Counted from the stretch's first letter, positions 18,356 to 28,529 are shown. The stretch is 58,720 bases of DNA from Lachnospiraceae bacterium (GCA_017455005.1 JAFTBX010000034.1:1-58720), one strand, 5' to 3'. The notes: a model not told the origin generated them from the sequence alone. Translations and numbers: made by a program.

Positions 18356-20098
18356 GTGATACAGGTATATTACAACGAATTCAAAACTTATGAAAATGAC
18401 ATCCGGGCGCTGCTGCAATCGTTTTTTCCCGGAGAGGAGATGCGCCTTGGCGGCGGTAAAAGCGCTGCAGAAAATGCTGCCGGAGATGTGACTGAAAAAG
18501 CCGGCGAAAAGCCCGCAGAAAGTGTGTCCGTAAGTGATGCTGGAAATGCCGGCGAAAAGCCTTCAGTAAGCGCGTCTGCAAGTCCTTCTGAAAATGCCGG
18601 CCAAGAACCGGTTACAGTCGACGTGGATGCGATCTGCCGCGGCATCACCCGGAGCGACGACCGCTTCGAGGATAAAAGCACGGTCAAGCTGGCTCTCTAT
18701 AACTATCTTCGGGAGCTCACGGGAAGGGAACTTCCCTGGGGGACGCTGACAGGCATCCGTCCGGTGCGCATCGTGGAGATGATGGAGGCAAAAGGCCTCT
18801 ATGCTGAGGCGGCGCGGGAGAAGATCCGGGCAATGTTCGCCGTATCGGAAGAAAAGCTCGATCTGATGTTTTCTATCCACGGGCAGGAACAGCAGGTGCT
18901 TGAGCGGCTTGGCGATTACAAGGACGGCTACAGCATCTATATCAACATCCCGTTCTGCCCGACGAGATGTCTCTACTGCAGTTTCACCTCGAACCCCATC
19001 GAGCTATGGGAGGAAAGGGTAGATGAATATCTCGAGGATATGTGCCGGGAGCTTGAGCAGATCCGAATGCTCGCCGGCGGCTTCGAAAGCCCGGAGAACG
19101 TCCGAGGGAGAAAGCTCAGGACAATCTACATCGGCGGCGACACGCCGACTGCGCTCAGCGCGGCGCAGCTCGATAAACTGCTGACGATGGTGGGAGATAT
19201 TTTTGGATGGGCAGAAGTGCCGGAGATGCGCGCGCCTGAAACGGATACGGCGGCTGAAACCAAATCCCGTAAGCGCATCGCGGTTGAGGAACTTACCGTC
19301 GAGTCCGGGCGCCCGGACAGCATCACTCAAGAAAAACTTGCGGTACTTTTGAAACACGGCGTAGACCGGATCAGCATCAACCCGCAGACCATGCATCAGA
19401 AAACGCTGGACCTCATCGGCCGGCGTCATACGGTGGAGCAGACCAGGGAAGCGTATGAGCTTGCGCGCAGCATGGGATTTTACAACATCAACATGGACCT
19501 CATCATGGGACTGCCGGGTGAGGACCTCGCAGACGTGCGCGAAACGCTTCGTGAGATCCGCCGGATGAAGCCGGATTCCCTGACTGTCCATGCGCTTGCA
19601 GTTAAGCGTTCCTCCAGACTCAGCACCGAAGGCAAGGCCTGGGGCAATGCAGACGGCGTTGAACGAAAAGGCCAGGACGCGGAAAGCACCGCTGAGGCAT
19701 CGGAAATGACCCGCCTCGGCGCGGAAACTGCAAAAGCGTTAGGGCTCGAGCCGTATTATCTCTACCGTCAAAAAAATATGGCGGGTAACCAGGATAACGT
19801 CGGTTATGCCGTACCCGGAAAAGAGAGTATCTACAACATCCTCATGATGGAAGAGAAGCACACGGTCATCGGCGTGGGTGCCGGCGCGTCAACAAAGTTT
19901 GTGAGCTATAGCACCTTGGAAGGAGAAACAACGGATCAGGCAGATGCAGCCGGTATTGGCGGGGCGCGCGCAGGAGCGCTGCCTCAGCTCCGCAAGGAAG
20001 TCCGTCGTTTTGAAAATGTCAAGAACATCGGGGATTATCTCGCAAGAATCGACGAGCTGCTGGAAAAGAAGCGTGAGTTTCTGTCAGAAACCGTTTGA
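18356..20098 (+). CDS. hemZ: Radical SAM coproporphyrinogen-dehydrogenase-like protein (HemZ/HemN family)
   Basis: CPTRCLYCSF (CxxxCxxC) radical-SAM motif and HemN-like core. GTG start 7 nt after AGGAG. N-terminal low-complexity insertion. Confidence 0.7.
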   Translation: MIQVYYNEFKTYENDIRALLQSFFPGEEMRLGGGKSAAENAAGDVTEKAGEKPAESVSVSDAGNAGEKPSVSASASPSENAGQEPVTVDVDAICRGITRSDDRFEDKSTVKLALYNYLRELTGRELPWGTLTGIRPVRIVEMMEAKGLYAEAAREKIRAMFAVSEEKLDLMFSIHGQEQQVLERLGDYKDGYSIYINIPFCPTRCLYCSFTSNPIELWEERVDEYLEDMCRELEQIRMLAGGFESPENVRGRKLRTIYIGGDTPTALSAAQLDKLLTMVGDIFGWAEVPEMRAPETDTAAETKSRKRIAVEELTVESGRPDSITQEKLAVLLKHGVDRISINPQTMHQKTLDLIGRRHTVEQTREAYELARSMGFYNINMDLIMGLPGEDLADVRETLREIRRMKPDSLTVHALAVKRSSRLSTEGKAWGNADGVERKGQDAESTAEASEMTRLGAETAKALGLEPYYLYRQKNMAGNQDNVGYAVPGKESIYNILMMEEKHTVIGVGAGASTKFVSYSTLEGETTDQADAAGIGGARAGALPQLRKEVRRFENVKNIGDYLARIDELLEKKREFLSETV

Positions 20099-20275
20099 TC
20101 TGCAGATCCTGCAAAGCAGCGATCCGGGCTGTGTCCCGGACTATGTATTTGTACTTCAGAGGCGCTGTCCGGGGGAAAAAGCAGGCTCAAGCTCGTGACG
20201 TGCGATATCATAGCACACCACTTTTTTATCCAGAACCTGTACATGATTAAATGCGATTGTATTTTTTACGGCAGA

Positions 20276-20303
20276 TTGCATTTGTAATGTATTTTACTAT
20301 AAT
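20276..20303 (+). promoter_or_regulatory. Candidate promoter of nifJ (long leader)
   Basis: TTGCAT (20276-20281), 16-nt spacer, TATAAT (20298-20303). About 330 nt upstream of the nifJ start. Confidence 0.5.
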
Positions 20304-20637
20304 ATATATTAAGAATTGGTATAAAATATTGGTGATGGGCAAAAATCACCGTTCAGCGTGAGCGGCCTCAGGCTTGAACAGATAGTTTCATGCTTAAAAC
20401 TATTTCAGAATAAATTGCCCCAACATGAAACAAAACTGAATCGGTTTGCTATAGACAAATCGATAAAATGGCAGTAAACTTTACAGGATGTTAAAAAATT
20501 AACGCGTGCTGCCCGATGGCCGGATCAGACCGAAACAGGAAAGGTTCGAAGCGGTCGAGAGGACAGTGTGCGCTGATTTTGCACTTACCCTTTGGGTTAG
20601 CAACATATATTTCACTATCTTCAGGAGGTACAAACCT

Positions 20638-23600
20638 ATGGCAAGAAAAATGAAGACCATGGATGGCAACCAGGCAGCAGCACATGCTTCCTATCCGTTT
20701 ACCGAAGTTGCCGCCATGTTCCCGATCACGCCGTCATCCGTCATGCCGGAGCATGTCGATGAGTGGGCGTCTCAGGGCAGACTCAATCTGTTCGGCCAGC
20801 CGGTACAGATTACCGAAATGCAGTCCGAGGGCGGCGCAGCAGGCGCTGTTCACGGTTCACTGGCAGCAGGCGCTCTGACCGCTACCTACACTGCATCCCA
20901 GGGTCTGCTTCTTATGATCCCGAACCTTTACAAGATTGCCGGTGAGCAGCTTCCGGGCGTATTCCACGTATCTGCCCGCGCACTTGCTACCCATGCACTC
21001 AGCATTTTCGGCGATCATCAGGATATCTACGCATGTCGTCAGACCGGCTGCGCGATGCTCTGCGAGTCTTCCGTACAGGAAGTCATGGACCTGGCTCCCG
21101 TAGCACACCTTTCCGCTATCAAGGGCAAGATCCCGTTCATCAACTTCTTCGACGGTTTCCGTACCTCTCACGAGATCCAGAAGATCGAGGTCTGGGAGAA
21201 TGAAGACCTTGCTGATCTGCTCGACTATGACGCAATCAAGGATTTCCGTGATCATGCGCTGAACCCGAACCATCCGTGCGAGAAGGGTTCCGCACAGAAC
21301 CCGGACGTCTTCTTCCAGGCACGTGAGGCTTGCAACCCGTATTACGATGCAATGCCGGCGATCGTCCAGGAGTACATGGACAAGATCAACGCGAAGATCG
21401 GCACCGACTACAAGCTGTTCAACTACTACGGCGCTCCGGATGCTGAGCACATCATCATCGCTATGGGTTCCGTCAACGAGACGATCGAGGAGACCATCGA
21501 CTACCTTGCAGCAAAGGGAGAGAAGGTCGGCCTGATCAAGGTCCGCCTGTACAGACCGTTCGCTAAGGACGCATTCCTCGCAGCAATCCCGGATACCGTC
21601 AAGCAGATCTCTGTTCTTGACCGTACCAAGGAGCCGGGCGCAATCGGCGAGCCGCTGTATCTGGATGTTGTTGCGGCACTTAAGGAGACCAAGTTCGAGA
21701 AGGTTCCGGTATTCGGCGGCCGTTACGGTCTTGGTTCCAAGGACACCGCTCCGAACCAGATCATCGCTGTATTCCACAACACCGACAAGAAGCGCTTCAC
21801 CATCGGTATCAACGACGATGTTACCTACCTGAGCCTGCCGCTCGGCGAGGATGTCGTTACCACTCCGGAAGGAACCACCAACTGTAAGTTCTGGGGTATC
21901 GGTGCAGACGGTACCGTCGGCGCTAACAAGAACACCGGTAAGATCATCGGCGACAACACCGACATGTACAGCCAGGCTTACTTCGATTATGACTCCAAGA
22001 AGTCCGGCGGCGTGACCATGAGCCACCTTCGTTTCGGTAAGAAGCCGATCAAGTCCACCTACCTGATCAAGAGAGCGAACTTCGTAGCCTGCCACAAGCA
22101 GGAGTACATCCGCAAGTACAACATGGTTCAGGAACTGGTTGACGGCGGCACCTTCCTTCTGAACTGCCAGTGGGATAAGGATGAGCTCGAGAAGCATCTT
22201 CCGGGCCAGGTCAAGAAGTACATCTATGACCACAAGATCAATTTCTATACCATCGATGCAGTTAAGCTCGGCATCGAGACCGGCATGGGCCCGACCCGTG
22301 TCAACACCATTCTGCAGTCCGCATTCTTCAAGCTGACCGGCATTATCCCGGAGGAGAAGGCAATCAGCCTGATGAAGGAAGCAGCAGAGAAGACCTACGG
22401 CCGTAAGGGCGAGGAAGTCGTTAAGACCAACTGGGCAGCGATCGACGCAGGCGCACAGCATGTAGTTAAGATCGATGTTCCGGAGTCCTGGAAGGACGGC
22501 GTAGATGAAGGCCTTGATTATCCGACCGCTGAAGGCGAGCACAAGGATGTCATTGACTTCGTCAACAACGTACAGACCAAGGTTTCCGCACAGGAAGGCA
22601 ACACCCTCCCGGTTTCCGCATTCAAGGCATATGTCGACGGCTCCACACCGTCCGGTTCTTCCGCATACGAGAAGCGCGGTATCGCTGTCAATGTTCCGGT
22701 ATGGGATGCTGACAAGTGCGTACAGTGTAACCGCTGCTCTTATGTCTGCCCGCACGCAGTAGTCCGTCCGATCGCTATGACCGAGGAAGAAGCTGCAAAG
22801 GCACCGGCAAGCCTGACCGTTAAGCCGATGATCGGTATGCCGGACAAGAAGTTCGCGATCGTGATCAGCACTCTGGATTGTACCGGATGCGGATCCTGCG
22901 CAAACGTCTGCCCGGGCAACAAGGAGGGCAAGGCTCTCGTTATGAAGCCGCAGGATGAGGCAGCATTCCAGCAGGAAGGCTTCACCTTCGGTATGACCGT
23001 AACCGAGAAGCAGGATGTCATCGACAAGTTCAAGATCGCTACGGTCAAGGGATCCCAGTTCCGTCAGCCGTACCTCGAGTTCTCCGGCGCATGCGCAGGC
23101 TGCGGCGAGACTCCGTACGCAAAGCTGGTTACCCAGCTGTTCGGTGATCGTATGTACATTGCGAACGCTACCGGCTGCTCCTCCATCTGGGGCAACTCTT
23201 CACCGTCCACACCGTACACCTTCAACAAGCAGGGCAGAGGCCCGGCATGGGACAACTCCCTGTTCGAGGATAACGCTGAGTTCGGTTTCGGTATGCTGCT
23301 CGCACAGAACGCGATCCGTGACCGTCTGAAGGATAAGGTCGCTAAGCTGGCTGAGTCCGACGCAAACGACGCAGTCAAGGAAGCAGCGAAGGAGTACCTT
23401 GAGACCTTCAATATCGGCGCTACCAACACTGCAGCTTCCGATAAGCTCATCGCAGCTATGGAAGCATGCGGATGCGACGAGTGCAAGGAGATCCTGCTCG
23501 AGAAGGATTACCTCGCAAAGAAGAGCCAGTGGATCTACGGCGGCGACGGCTGGGCATACGATATCGGCTACGGCGGACTGGATCATGTCCTTGCAGCCAA

Positions 23601-24168
23601 CATGGATATCAATGTCATGGTCTTCGATACCGAGGTTTACTCCAACACCGGCGGACAGTCCTCCAAGGCTACCCAGCCTGGCGCAGTCGCACAGTTCGCT
23701 GCAGCCGGCAAGGTCGTCAAGAAGAAGGACCTCGCAGCGATCGCTATGAGCTATGGCTACATCTACGTAGCACAGATCTCCATGGGCGCTGATATGGCTC
23801 AGGCTGTCAAGGCAATCGCCGAGGCAGAAGCTTATCCGGGTCCGTCCATCGTCATCGCGTATGCTCCGTGTATCAACCACGGCATCAAGAAGGGCATGGG
23901 CAAGTCTCAGGACGAAGAGAAGCTGGCAGTCGAGTGCGGTTACTGGCAGAACTTCCGCTTCAATCCGGCACTGGACAAGCCGTTCACGCTGGACAGCAAG
24001 GCTCCGGACTTCTCCAAGCACGCAGACTTCCTGAACGGCGAGGTTCGTTACAGCTCACTCGCACTGAAGGATAAGGAGCGCGCAGCATGGCTGCAGCAGG
24101 AGAACCTGAAGAAGGCAGAAGAGCGCCGTGCTTACCTGGAGAGCCTGAACGAGGTTTACAACAAGTAA
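20638..24168 (+). CDS. nifJ: Pyruvate:ferredoxin (flavodoxin) oxidoreductase, single-polypeptide PFOR
   Basis: 1176 aa from ATG 20638 (AGGAGG 8 nt upstream). N-terminus MDGNQAAAHASYPFTEVAAMFPITPSS, two ferredoxin CxxCxxCxxxCP motifs, and a TPP-binding GGDGWAYDIGYGGLDH motif. Confidence 0.95.
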   Translation: MARKMKTMDGNQAAAHASYPFTEVAAMFPITPSSVMPEHVDEWASQGRLNLFGQPVQITEMQSEGGAAGAVHGSLAAGALTATYTASQGLLLMIPNLYKIAGEQLPGVFHVSARALATHALSIFGDHQDIYACRQTGCAMLCESSVQEVMDLAPVAHLSAIKGKIPFINFFDGFRTSHEIQKIEVWENEDLADLLDYDAIKDFRDHALNPNHPCEKGSAQNPDVFFQAREACNPYYDAMPAIVQEYMDKINAKIGTDYKLFNYYGAPDAEHIIIAMGSVNETIEETIDYLAAKGEKVGLIKVRLYRPFAKDAFLAAIPDTVKQISVLDRTKEPGAIGEPLYLDVVAALKETKFEKVPVFGGRYGLGSKDTAPNQIIAVFHNTDKKRFTIGINDDVTYLSLPLGEDVVTTPEGTTNCKFWGIGADGTVGANKNTGKIIGDNTDMYSQAYFDYDSKKSGGVTMSHLRFGKKPIKSTYLIKRANFVACHKQEYIRKYNMVQELVDGGTFLLNCQWDKDELEKHLPGQVKKYIYDHKINFYTIDAVKLGIETGMGPTRVNTILQSAFFKLTGIIPEEKAISLMKEAAEKTYGRKGEEVVKTNWAAIDAGAQHVVKIDVPESWKDGVDEGLDYPTAEGEHKDVIDFVNNVQTKVSAQEGNTLPVSAFKAYVDGSTPSGSSAYEKRGIAVNVPVWDADKCVQCNRCSYVCPHAVVRPIAMTEEEAAKAPASLTVKPMIGMPDKKFAIVISTLDCTGCGSCANVCPGNKEGKALVMKPQDEAAFQQEGFTFGMTVTEKQDVIDKFKIATVKGSQFRQPYLEFSGACAGCGETPYAKLVTQLFGDRMYIANATGCSSIWGNSSPSTPYTFNKQGRGPAWDNSLFEDNAEFGFGMLLAQNAIRDRLKDKVAKLAESDANDAVKEAAKEYLETFNIGATNTAASDKLIAAMEACGCDECKEILLEKDYLAKKSQWIYGGDGWAYDIGYGGLDHVLAANMDINVMVFDTEVYSNTGGQSSKATQPGAVAQFAAAGKVVKKKDLAAIAMSYGYIYVAQISMGADMAQAVKAIAEAEAYPGPSIVIAYAPCINHGIKKGMGKSQDEEKLAVECGYWQNFRFNPALDKPFTLDSKAPDFSKHADFLNGEVRYSSLALKDKERAAWLQQENLKKAEERRAYLESLNEVYNK

Positions 24169-24212
24169 TACCCGCTTAAGGAACCAGGGTCAAAACTCAA
24201 TAAACAAAAAGA

Positions 24213-24255
24213 GGCCGCTGTGTCATGGAACAAACCATGACGCAGCGGCTTTTTG
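24213..24255. terminator. Bidirectional rho-independent terminator between convergent nifJ and the ABC permease
   Basis: GGCCGCTGTGTCATGG...CCATGACGCAGCGGC hairpin flanked by an A run upstream and a T run downstream. Confidence 0.8.
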
Positions 24256-24414
24256 CGTCCCGCAATGAGGAAAATCGACGTCGCTTGCGAACGGAGATTT
24301 GACGAATGCGTACAATCCCGAAACGCGGCTCATGCCGCTTCCGGTGATTGCGACTCACAATAAGGAAAAGCGGTATATGCGCTGTCATCGGGATGACCTG
24401 TGAGGTCTGAGGAT

Positions 24415-26934
24415 TCAGTAGCTTCGGGTAGTGTTCAGCAGGATGTCCCCTTCATCGATCCCGAAGTGTTCAATGACGAAATCCGGAATGCGGCGCGAAT
24501 CGAACACGAGATCATATGCATAGTAGTCAATGCTGCCTTCATTGTCATACCAGTACCTGCTTTCGTAAGTCGGGTAGGTGTATGCTCCGGCTCCGGCAGC
24601 TGCCGCAAGCTCCGGGATCGCGGCACCCGTAGCGGGGTCGATTGCGACATCGGAAACTGCTGCATTTTCAGCATTATCTGCATCTTCCGCGGCGCTTTCA
24701 TCCTCCCGGATCTCACCGGTACTTTCATCGCCGGCGGCTTCCAGCTTGTTGCGGACAGAAACGGTAAGGCCGAAGTAGGCCGGACCCATCCGATTGTCGC
24801 AGTTGATGGTGGTGATGACCGACGCATCAAGCACTTCACGGATCTGATCCGGGTCGGTGATCTTAAGCGGCTCTTTTCTGGCGGCTTCGGTCTCTTCCCA
24901 GTTCAGTTCCGGGAAGCTGCGGTTGTCGCTGATGACGATGGATTCAACACGTTCCGGAGCCAGTACATCGTTCAGATGAACACCGTTTTGCTCGAGAATG
25001 CTGAGTGTCTTAACAAAGGACGGATAGACAGGATAGTAGTCCACTTCGTTCATCCAGCCGTAATAACCTTCTTCGGCACGGATCTTATCGGCGATCTGCT
25101 GGAACTCGTGACTTTTAAACTGAAGTCCCGCGACCGGCATCTCATTACGTCTCGTTTCGGCGGTGAGAGTCGCGAACTCAGACTGATATGCCTTGAGAAG
25201 GGCAGCGGCGTCAATGCCGTCTGCCGCGGCAGTCTCACTGAAATAAACGTGCTCATATCCGCTTAAGTCCTGATAGTTTACACCCGCAAGATCCTCCGGC
25301 GTAAGCTTGAGAACGGGATAGAACCCTGTCTTGTACTCGGGATCATCGTGCAGGCGGTCAAGCGCATCACGCAGTCCGTTCAAATCGGCGGTATAGCGGC
25401 GGAGACAGGTGCGGCCGTCCGCAAGGTGCCAGCAGACAGAGATATCATTGTAATATCCCTCATAACCTGATTCGCGGGCAGCGTCCTGCTGCGCGATGCA
25501 GCCTTCTGCGATCGCGTAAGCGTTATCCAGGTTATGATAAGTCATGCGGTTCATGACGGTCAGTGCCGGATCGGTATCCGTATCCTGGCGCGCGCTGAAC
25601 GTGCCGTCGTTGTTTACAACCAGACCGTAGCCGCGGTTGAACTGCCACGGGTCATCGAGCGCGGGAGTGACAATGCCGACGGAACTCACAGAGACCCGAG
25701 ACGGAAGATACCGGTCATATCCTATGAAATCATAGCGGAAGAACGCGAAGACCAGCGCTGCCAGTACGAGGCAGAGCACCAGATGCAGTTTGTGCGCGAG
25801 CGCCTGCCGGAAATCAAAGCGGTAAATAATCTCCATGACGATACAGCAGATCAGTCCGGCAGAGATAAGACCGAAGATCGCCCATCCGTCCTTTTCCAGG
25901 CCCTGCTGGAAGAGCATGGCACTGGTGAAGGCAAACGGAACCGAGATCATCAGCTTGATCGGGGCTTCCGTGACGGCGAAGGCCATCGCGTGACCGGCTG
26001 CTTCGGAACGGCGCCTGTGGTAAAGGAAGAGGCTGATGAGCATCAGGACAAATGCTGCCGCAAGTGCCGTCCAGGCGCGGAAGGAAGCGGAAGTCTGCAG
26101 CACCGCGTACATCCGGCTGAGCCCGGAACCGGGGAGCTTATCTATAGCGCCGGGGCTCTGCAGATCGGCTGTGAGGTCAAGCATCCAGGTAAAGGGCGAA
26201 GTCCTCTGCAGCAGGACCATGATATGATCCAGACTCTGATAATATGTGCGGAAGTAGATGCCCATCATTCCGTGGATCGAGGTAAAAAGCGCGGGTCCGT
26301 AGATAAAGAAAACGCCGCATCCGAGGATACCTACGAAAACGCTGCCAGTCAGCATCATGGCAAGGACGACCGTCATGTAGGCAAGCAGGAAAAATGCCAT
26401 ATGTCCGGCATAACCGGTCAGCACTGCCGGGATACAGTCTGTGATACCCGTATTCAACTGCACGATCAAAGCCGCCGCGATGCTCATAACGAGATACGGC
26501 ACGCCCACGATCAGGATGCTGTTTAAGTTGACCACATGGAAGAGCCTGGTGCGGCTCACCGGCAGACTGTGATAAAAGTCGGTCTTACGCCGGTTGTGCA
26601 GCCAGGAAAATGCCGACACACCGATGACAACGGCGAGAATGCAGAGCAGGAAGCTTAAGACCCCGCTGTTGATGCCTGACCAGGACAGGAGGTCTTCATG
26701 GACCCGCTGCATCGCGTGCTCCCGGAGAAGGTCTGCATTCGCAAGACCGGTGAAGTTGCGCTCATCCAGCCGGTTAGTGACATCGGCCATCATCGGGACC
26801 GGGAACAGGAAGAAAAAGAGCAGCGTGGATAAAGCCGCGGACCAGACCCGTCGTTTAAGGTTTTCACGGACCAGGGAGAGATAAGATGCTCCGGATCCTT
26901 CTTTACGGTCAGAATAAGAGCTTCTTGATGTCAT
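24415..26934 (-). CDS. Large polytopic membrane protein: putative ABC-2-like permease with ~430-aa C-terminal non-membrane domain
   Basis: 839 aa. The N-terminal half has many hydrophobic segments. The C-terminal half is hydrophilic with an acidic low-complexity patch. Overlaps the upstream ATPase gene by 26 nt. Confidence 0.7.
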   Translation of the reverse strand: MTSRSSYSDRKEGSGASYLSLVRENLKRRVWSAALSTLLFFFLFPVPMMADVTNRLDERNFTGLANADLLREHAMQRVHEDLLSWSGINSGVLSFLLCILAVVIGVSAFSWLHNRRKTDFYHSLPVSRTRLFHVVNLNSILIVGVPYLVMSIAAALIVQLNTGITDCIPAVLTGYAGHMAFFLLAYMTVVLAMMLTGSVFVGILGCGVFFIYGPALFTSIHGMMGIYFRTYYQSLDHIMVLLQRTSPFTWMLDLTADLQSPGAIDKLPGSGLSRMYAVLQTSASFRAWTALAAAFVLMLISLFLYHRRRSEAAGHAMAFAVTEAPIKLMISVPFAFTSAMLFQQGLEKDGWAIFGLISAGLICCIVMEIIYRFDFRQALAHKLHLVLCLVLAALVFAFFRYDFIGYDRYLPSRVSVSSVGIVTPALDDPWQFNRGYGLVVNNDGTFSARQDTDTDPALTVMNRMTYHNLDNAYAIAEGCIAQQDAARESGYEGYYNDISVCWHLADGRTCLRRYTADLNGLRDALDRLHDDPEYKTGFYPVLKLTPEDLAGVNYQDLSGYEHVYFSETAAADGIDAAALLKAYQSEFATLTAETRRNEMPVAGLQFKSHEFQQIADKIRAEEGYYGWMNEVDYYPVYPSFVKTLSILEQNGVHLNDVLAPERVESIVISDNRSFPELNWEETEAARKEPLKITDPDQIREVLDASVITTINCDNRMGPAYFGLTVSVRNKLEAAGDESTGEIREDESAAEDADNAENAAVSDVAIDPATGAAIPELAAAAGAGAYTYPTYESRYWYDNEGSIDYYAYDLVFDSRRIPDFVIEHFGIDEGDILLNTTRSY

Positions 26935-28003
26935 AACCCGTCACCTCCGTTTCACTGATAAATATCTCTTCAAGGGAAAGGGGCACGATCTCATAGAAGA
27001 CCGTATCGATCCTTTCCATACGGCTGAGGAGTTCGAACTCCGAGCCGCGGACGGTCAGCGTCAGAATGCTTCCGCGCTGCTCGACACGGATCACGCTGAG
27101 TCCGTCAGATGCGTTTGCTGTGCCGGAAGCGGCTTCAGTCATGCCCGCAGATGCGGACTCCGCTTCGTCTGTGGAAACAACAGCAGCAGAATCGGACTTT
27201 ATTCCATCTCCTGAAACGGCTGCTGCAGAAGTTTCGGCATCATCCGGATCGAAGGATACGTCATGCGTTCCGGAAAGATACGCCACGAGATCATCCGCAG
27301 TCATGCCCGGCTTCGGAACGCACTGGAGTTTATGAATGTTGAGCTTCATATCGTCTAAGTCACGGGAGAAGAGGATACCTCCTTTATGGAGAAGGCCGAC
27401 ATGATCGCAGATATCCTCGAGCTCTCTTAAGTTATGTGACGTGATGACCGGCGTCAGTCCCCGCTCCGTCATGTCTTCCGCGAGGAGAGACTTGACTGCC
27501 TGGCGCATGACCGGATCGAGGCCGTCGAAGGTCTCGTCACAAAGAAGGTACTTTGTGCCTGCACTGATGCCCAGGATGATGGAAAGCTGCTTCTTCATGC
27601 CCTTTGAAAAGGTATTGATCTTGCGGCTTTCCGGAAGATCAAACGCGGCAGCCAGCTTGCTGAAGCGCGCCCGATCAAAGAACGGATAGATCTTTGCGAA
27701 GAAAGTCATCATTTCCCGCGGCGTGACATTGGAAAAGAAATACTGGTCATCCGGTATATAGAAAAACCGTTCACGGATCCGGGGGTTGGTAAATACATCC
27801 TCGCCGTCAATGAGGACACGTCCTTCATCAGGCTTGAGGATGCCGGTGACAAGTCTTAAAAAAGTGCTCTTGCCGGCGCCGTTTGTGCCGACAAGCCCGA
27901 AAACACTGCCTTCCGTAATGACGGCATTGACATGGTCAACGGCAGTGACATCGTCAAATCGTTTGGTGAGATCGCGAGATTCAATCATCTGCGTTACCTC
28001 CAT
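26909..28003 (-). CDS. ABC transporter ATP-binding protein (ABC-2/DrrA-like) with extended C-terminal domain
   Basis: Walker A GTNGAGKST, signature FSKGMKKQ, Walker B LLCDETFDGLD, H-loop SHNL. The C-terminal ~130 aa includes an S/A/D-rich insertion. Confidence 0.88.
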   Translation of the reverse strand: MEVTQMIESRDLTKRFDDVTAVDHVNAVITEGSVFGLVGTNGAGKSTFLRLVTGILKPDEGRVLIDGEDVFTNPRIRERFFYIPDDQYFFSNVTPREMMTFFAKIYPFFDRARFSKLAAAFDLPESRKINTFSKGMKKQLSIILGISAGTKYLLCDETFDGLDPVMRQAVKSLLAEDMTERGLTPVITSHNLRELEDICDHVGLLHKGGILFSRDLDDMKLNIHKLQCVPKPGMTADDLVAYLSGTHDVSFDPDDAETSAAAVSGDGIKSDSAAVVSTDEAESASAGMTEAASGTANASDGLSVIRVEQRGSILTLTVRGSEFELLSRMERIDTVFYEIVPLSLEEIFISETEVTGYDIKKLLF

Positions 28004-28412
28004 AGTTTGAAATAGTCAGGTGATCAGAAACAGCCTTTTGCGCCTGGTTCCCGGCGGCGTACAGCCTTCGGACCTCTGAACACAGGTCGTCCGCGGTGAC
28101 GCCGGCGGCTCTGGCTTTTTCCACTGCCGAGCCGAACGCAGCCAGGATGTCCGCCTGCTTTTGCTTTGTGATATGGTCCATCCCGGCGACAAAGCTGCCC
28201 TTACCTTTCAGCGAATAGATATAGCCCTGCCGTTCCAGCTCGATATAAGCGCGCTGGACGGTGTTGGGGTTGATGGAAAGGTCTGCGGCCAGACTGCGCA
28301 CGGACGGAAGAGGCGTGTTCTCCGTGAGTACGCCGCGCACCATCAGATCAGAAAGCTTTTCGACGATCTGCTCATAAATGGGCCGCCGGTCCTTATAATC
28401 CAGCAGGATCAT
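27981..28412 (-). CDS. GntR family (YtrA subfamily) transcriptional regulator
   Basis: Start at the Met at 28412 (GGAG-containing SD upstream). PIYEQIVEKLSDLMVRGVL...LPSVRSLAADLSINPNTVQRAYIELERQGYIYSLKGKGSFV is a winged-HTH GntR domain. The short C-terminus is typical of the YtrA subfamily. Confidence 0.85.
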   Translation of the reverse strand: MILLDYKDRRPIYEQIVEKLSDLMVRGVLTENTPLPSVRSLAADLSINPNTVQRAYIELERQGYIYSLKGKGSFVAGMDHITKQKQADILAAFGSAVEKARAAGVTADDLCSEVRRLYAAGNQAQKAVSDHLTISNYGGNADD

Positions 28413-28529
28413 GCGGTTCTCCTTTCTTAGGAAAATGCTGCCGCCTCCGCATAAAAAATGCGTGTCTGTGGTGTATACGAAGCCGGAGCATGCAAGGTGC
28501 CGAAATAACGGCATGGATAAAACCCGACA

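Noticed and set aside
20506-20637. N-terminal 44-codon extension of the nifJ ORF
   Set aside because: There is no SD at 20506, whereas ATG 20638 has AGGAGG 8 nt upstream and begins the conserved PFOR N-terminus.
20857-22755. 632-aa ORF antisense to nifJ
   Set aside because: It lies entirely inside, and opposite to, a strongly recognisable PFOR gene. Its composition is low-complexity and R/L/V/D-rich, typical of antisense frames in GC-rich coding DNA. It has no SD or motifs.
24400-26526. Plus-strand ORFs 24400-25266 (288 aa) and 25534-26526 (330 aa)
   Set aside because: They are antisense to the 839-aa permease gene, which has a coherent TM architecture and operon context. The plus-strand products are R/G/D-rich with no motifs.
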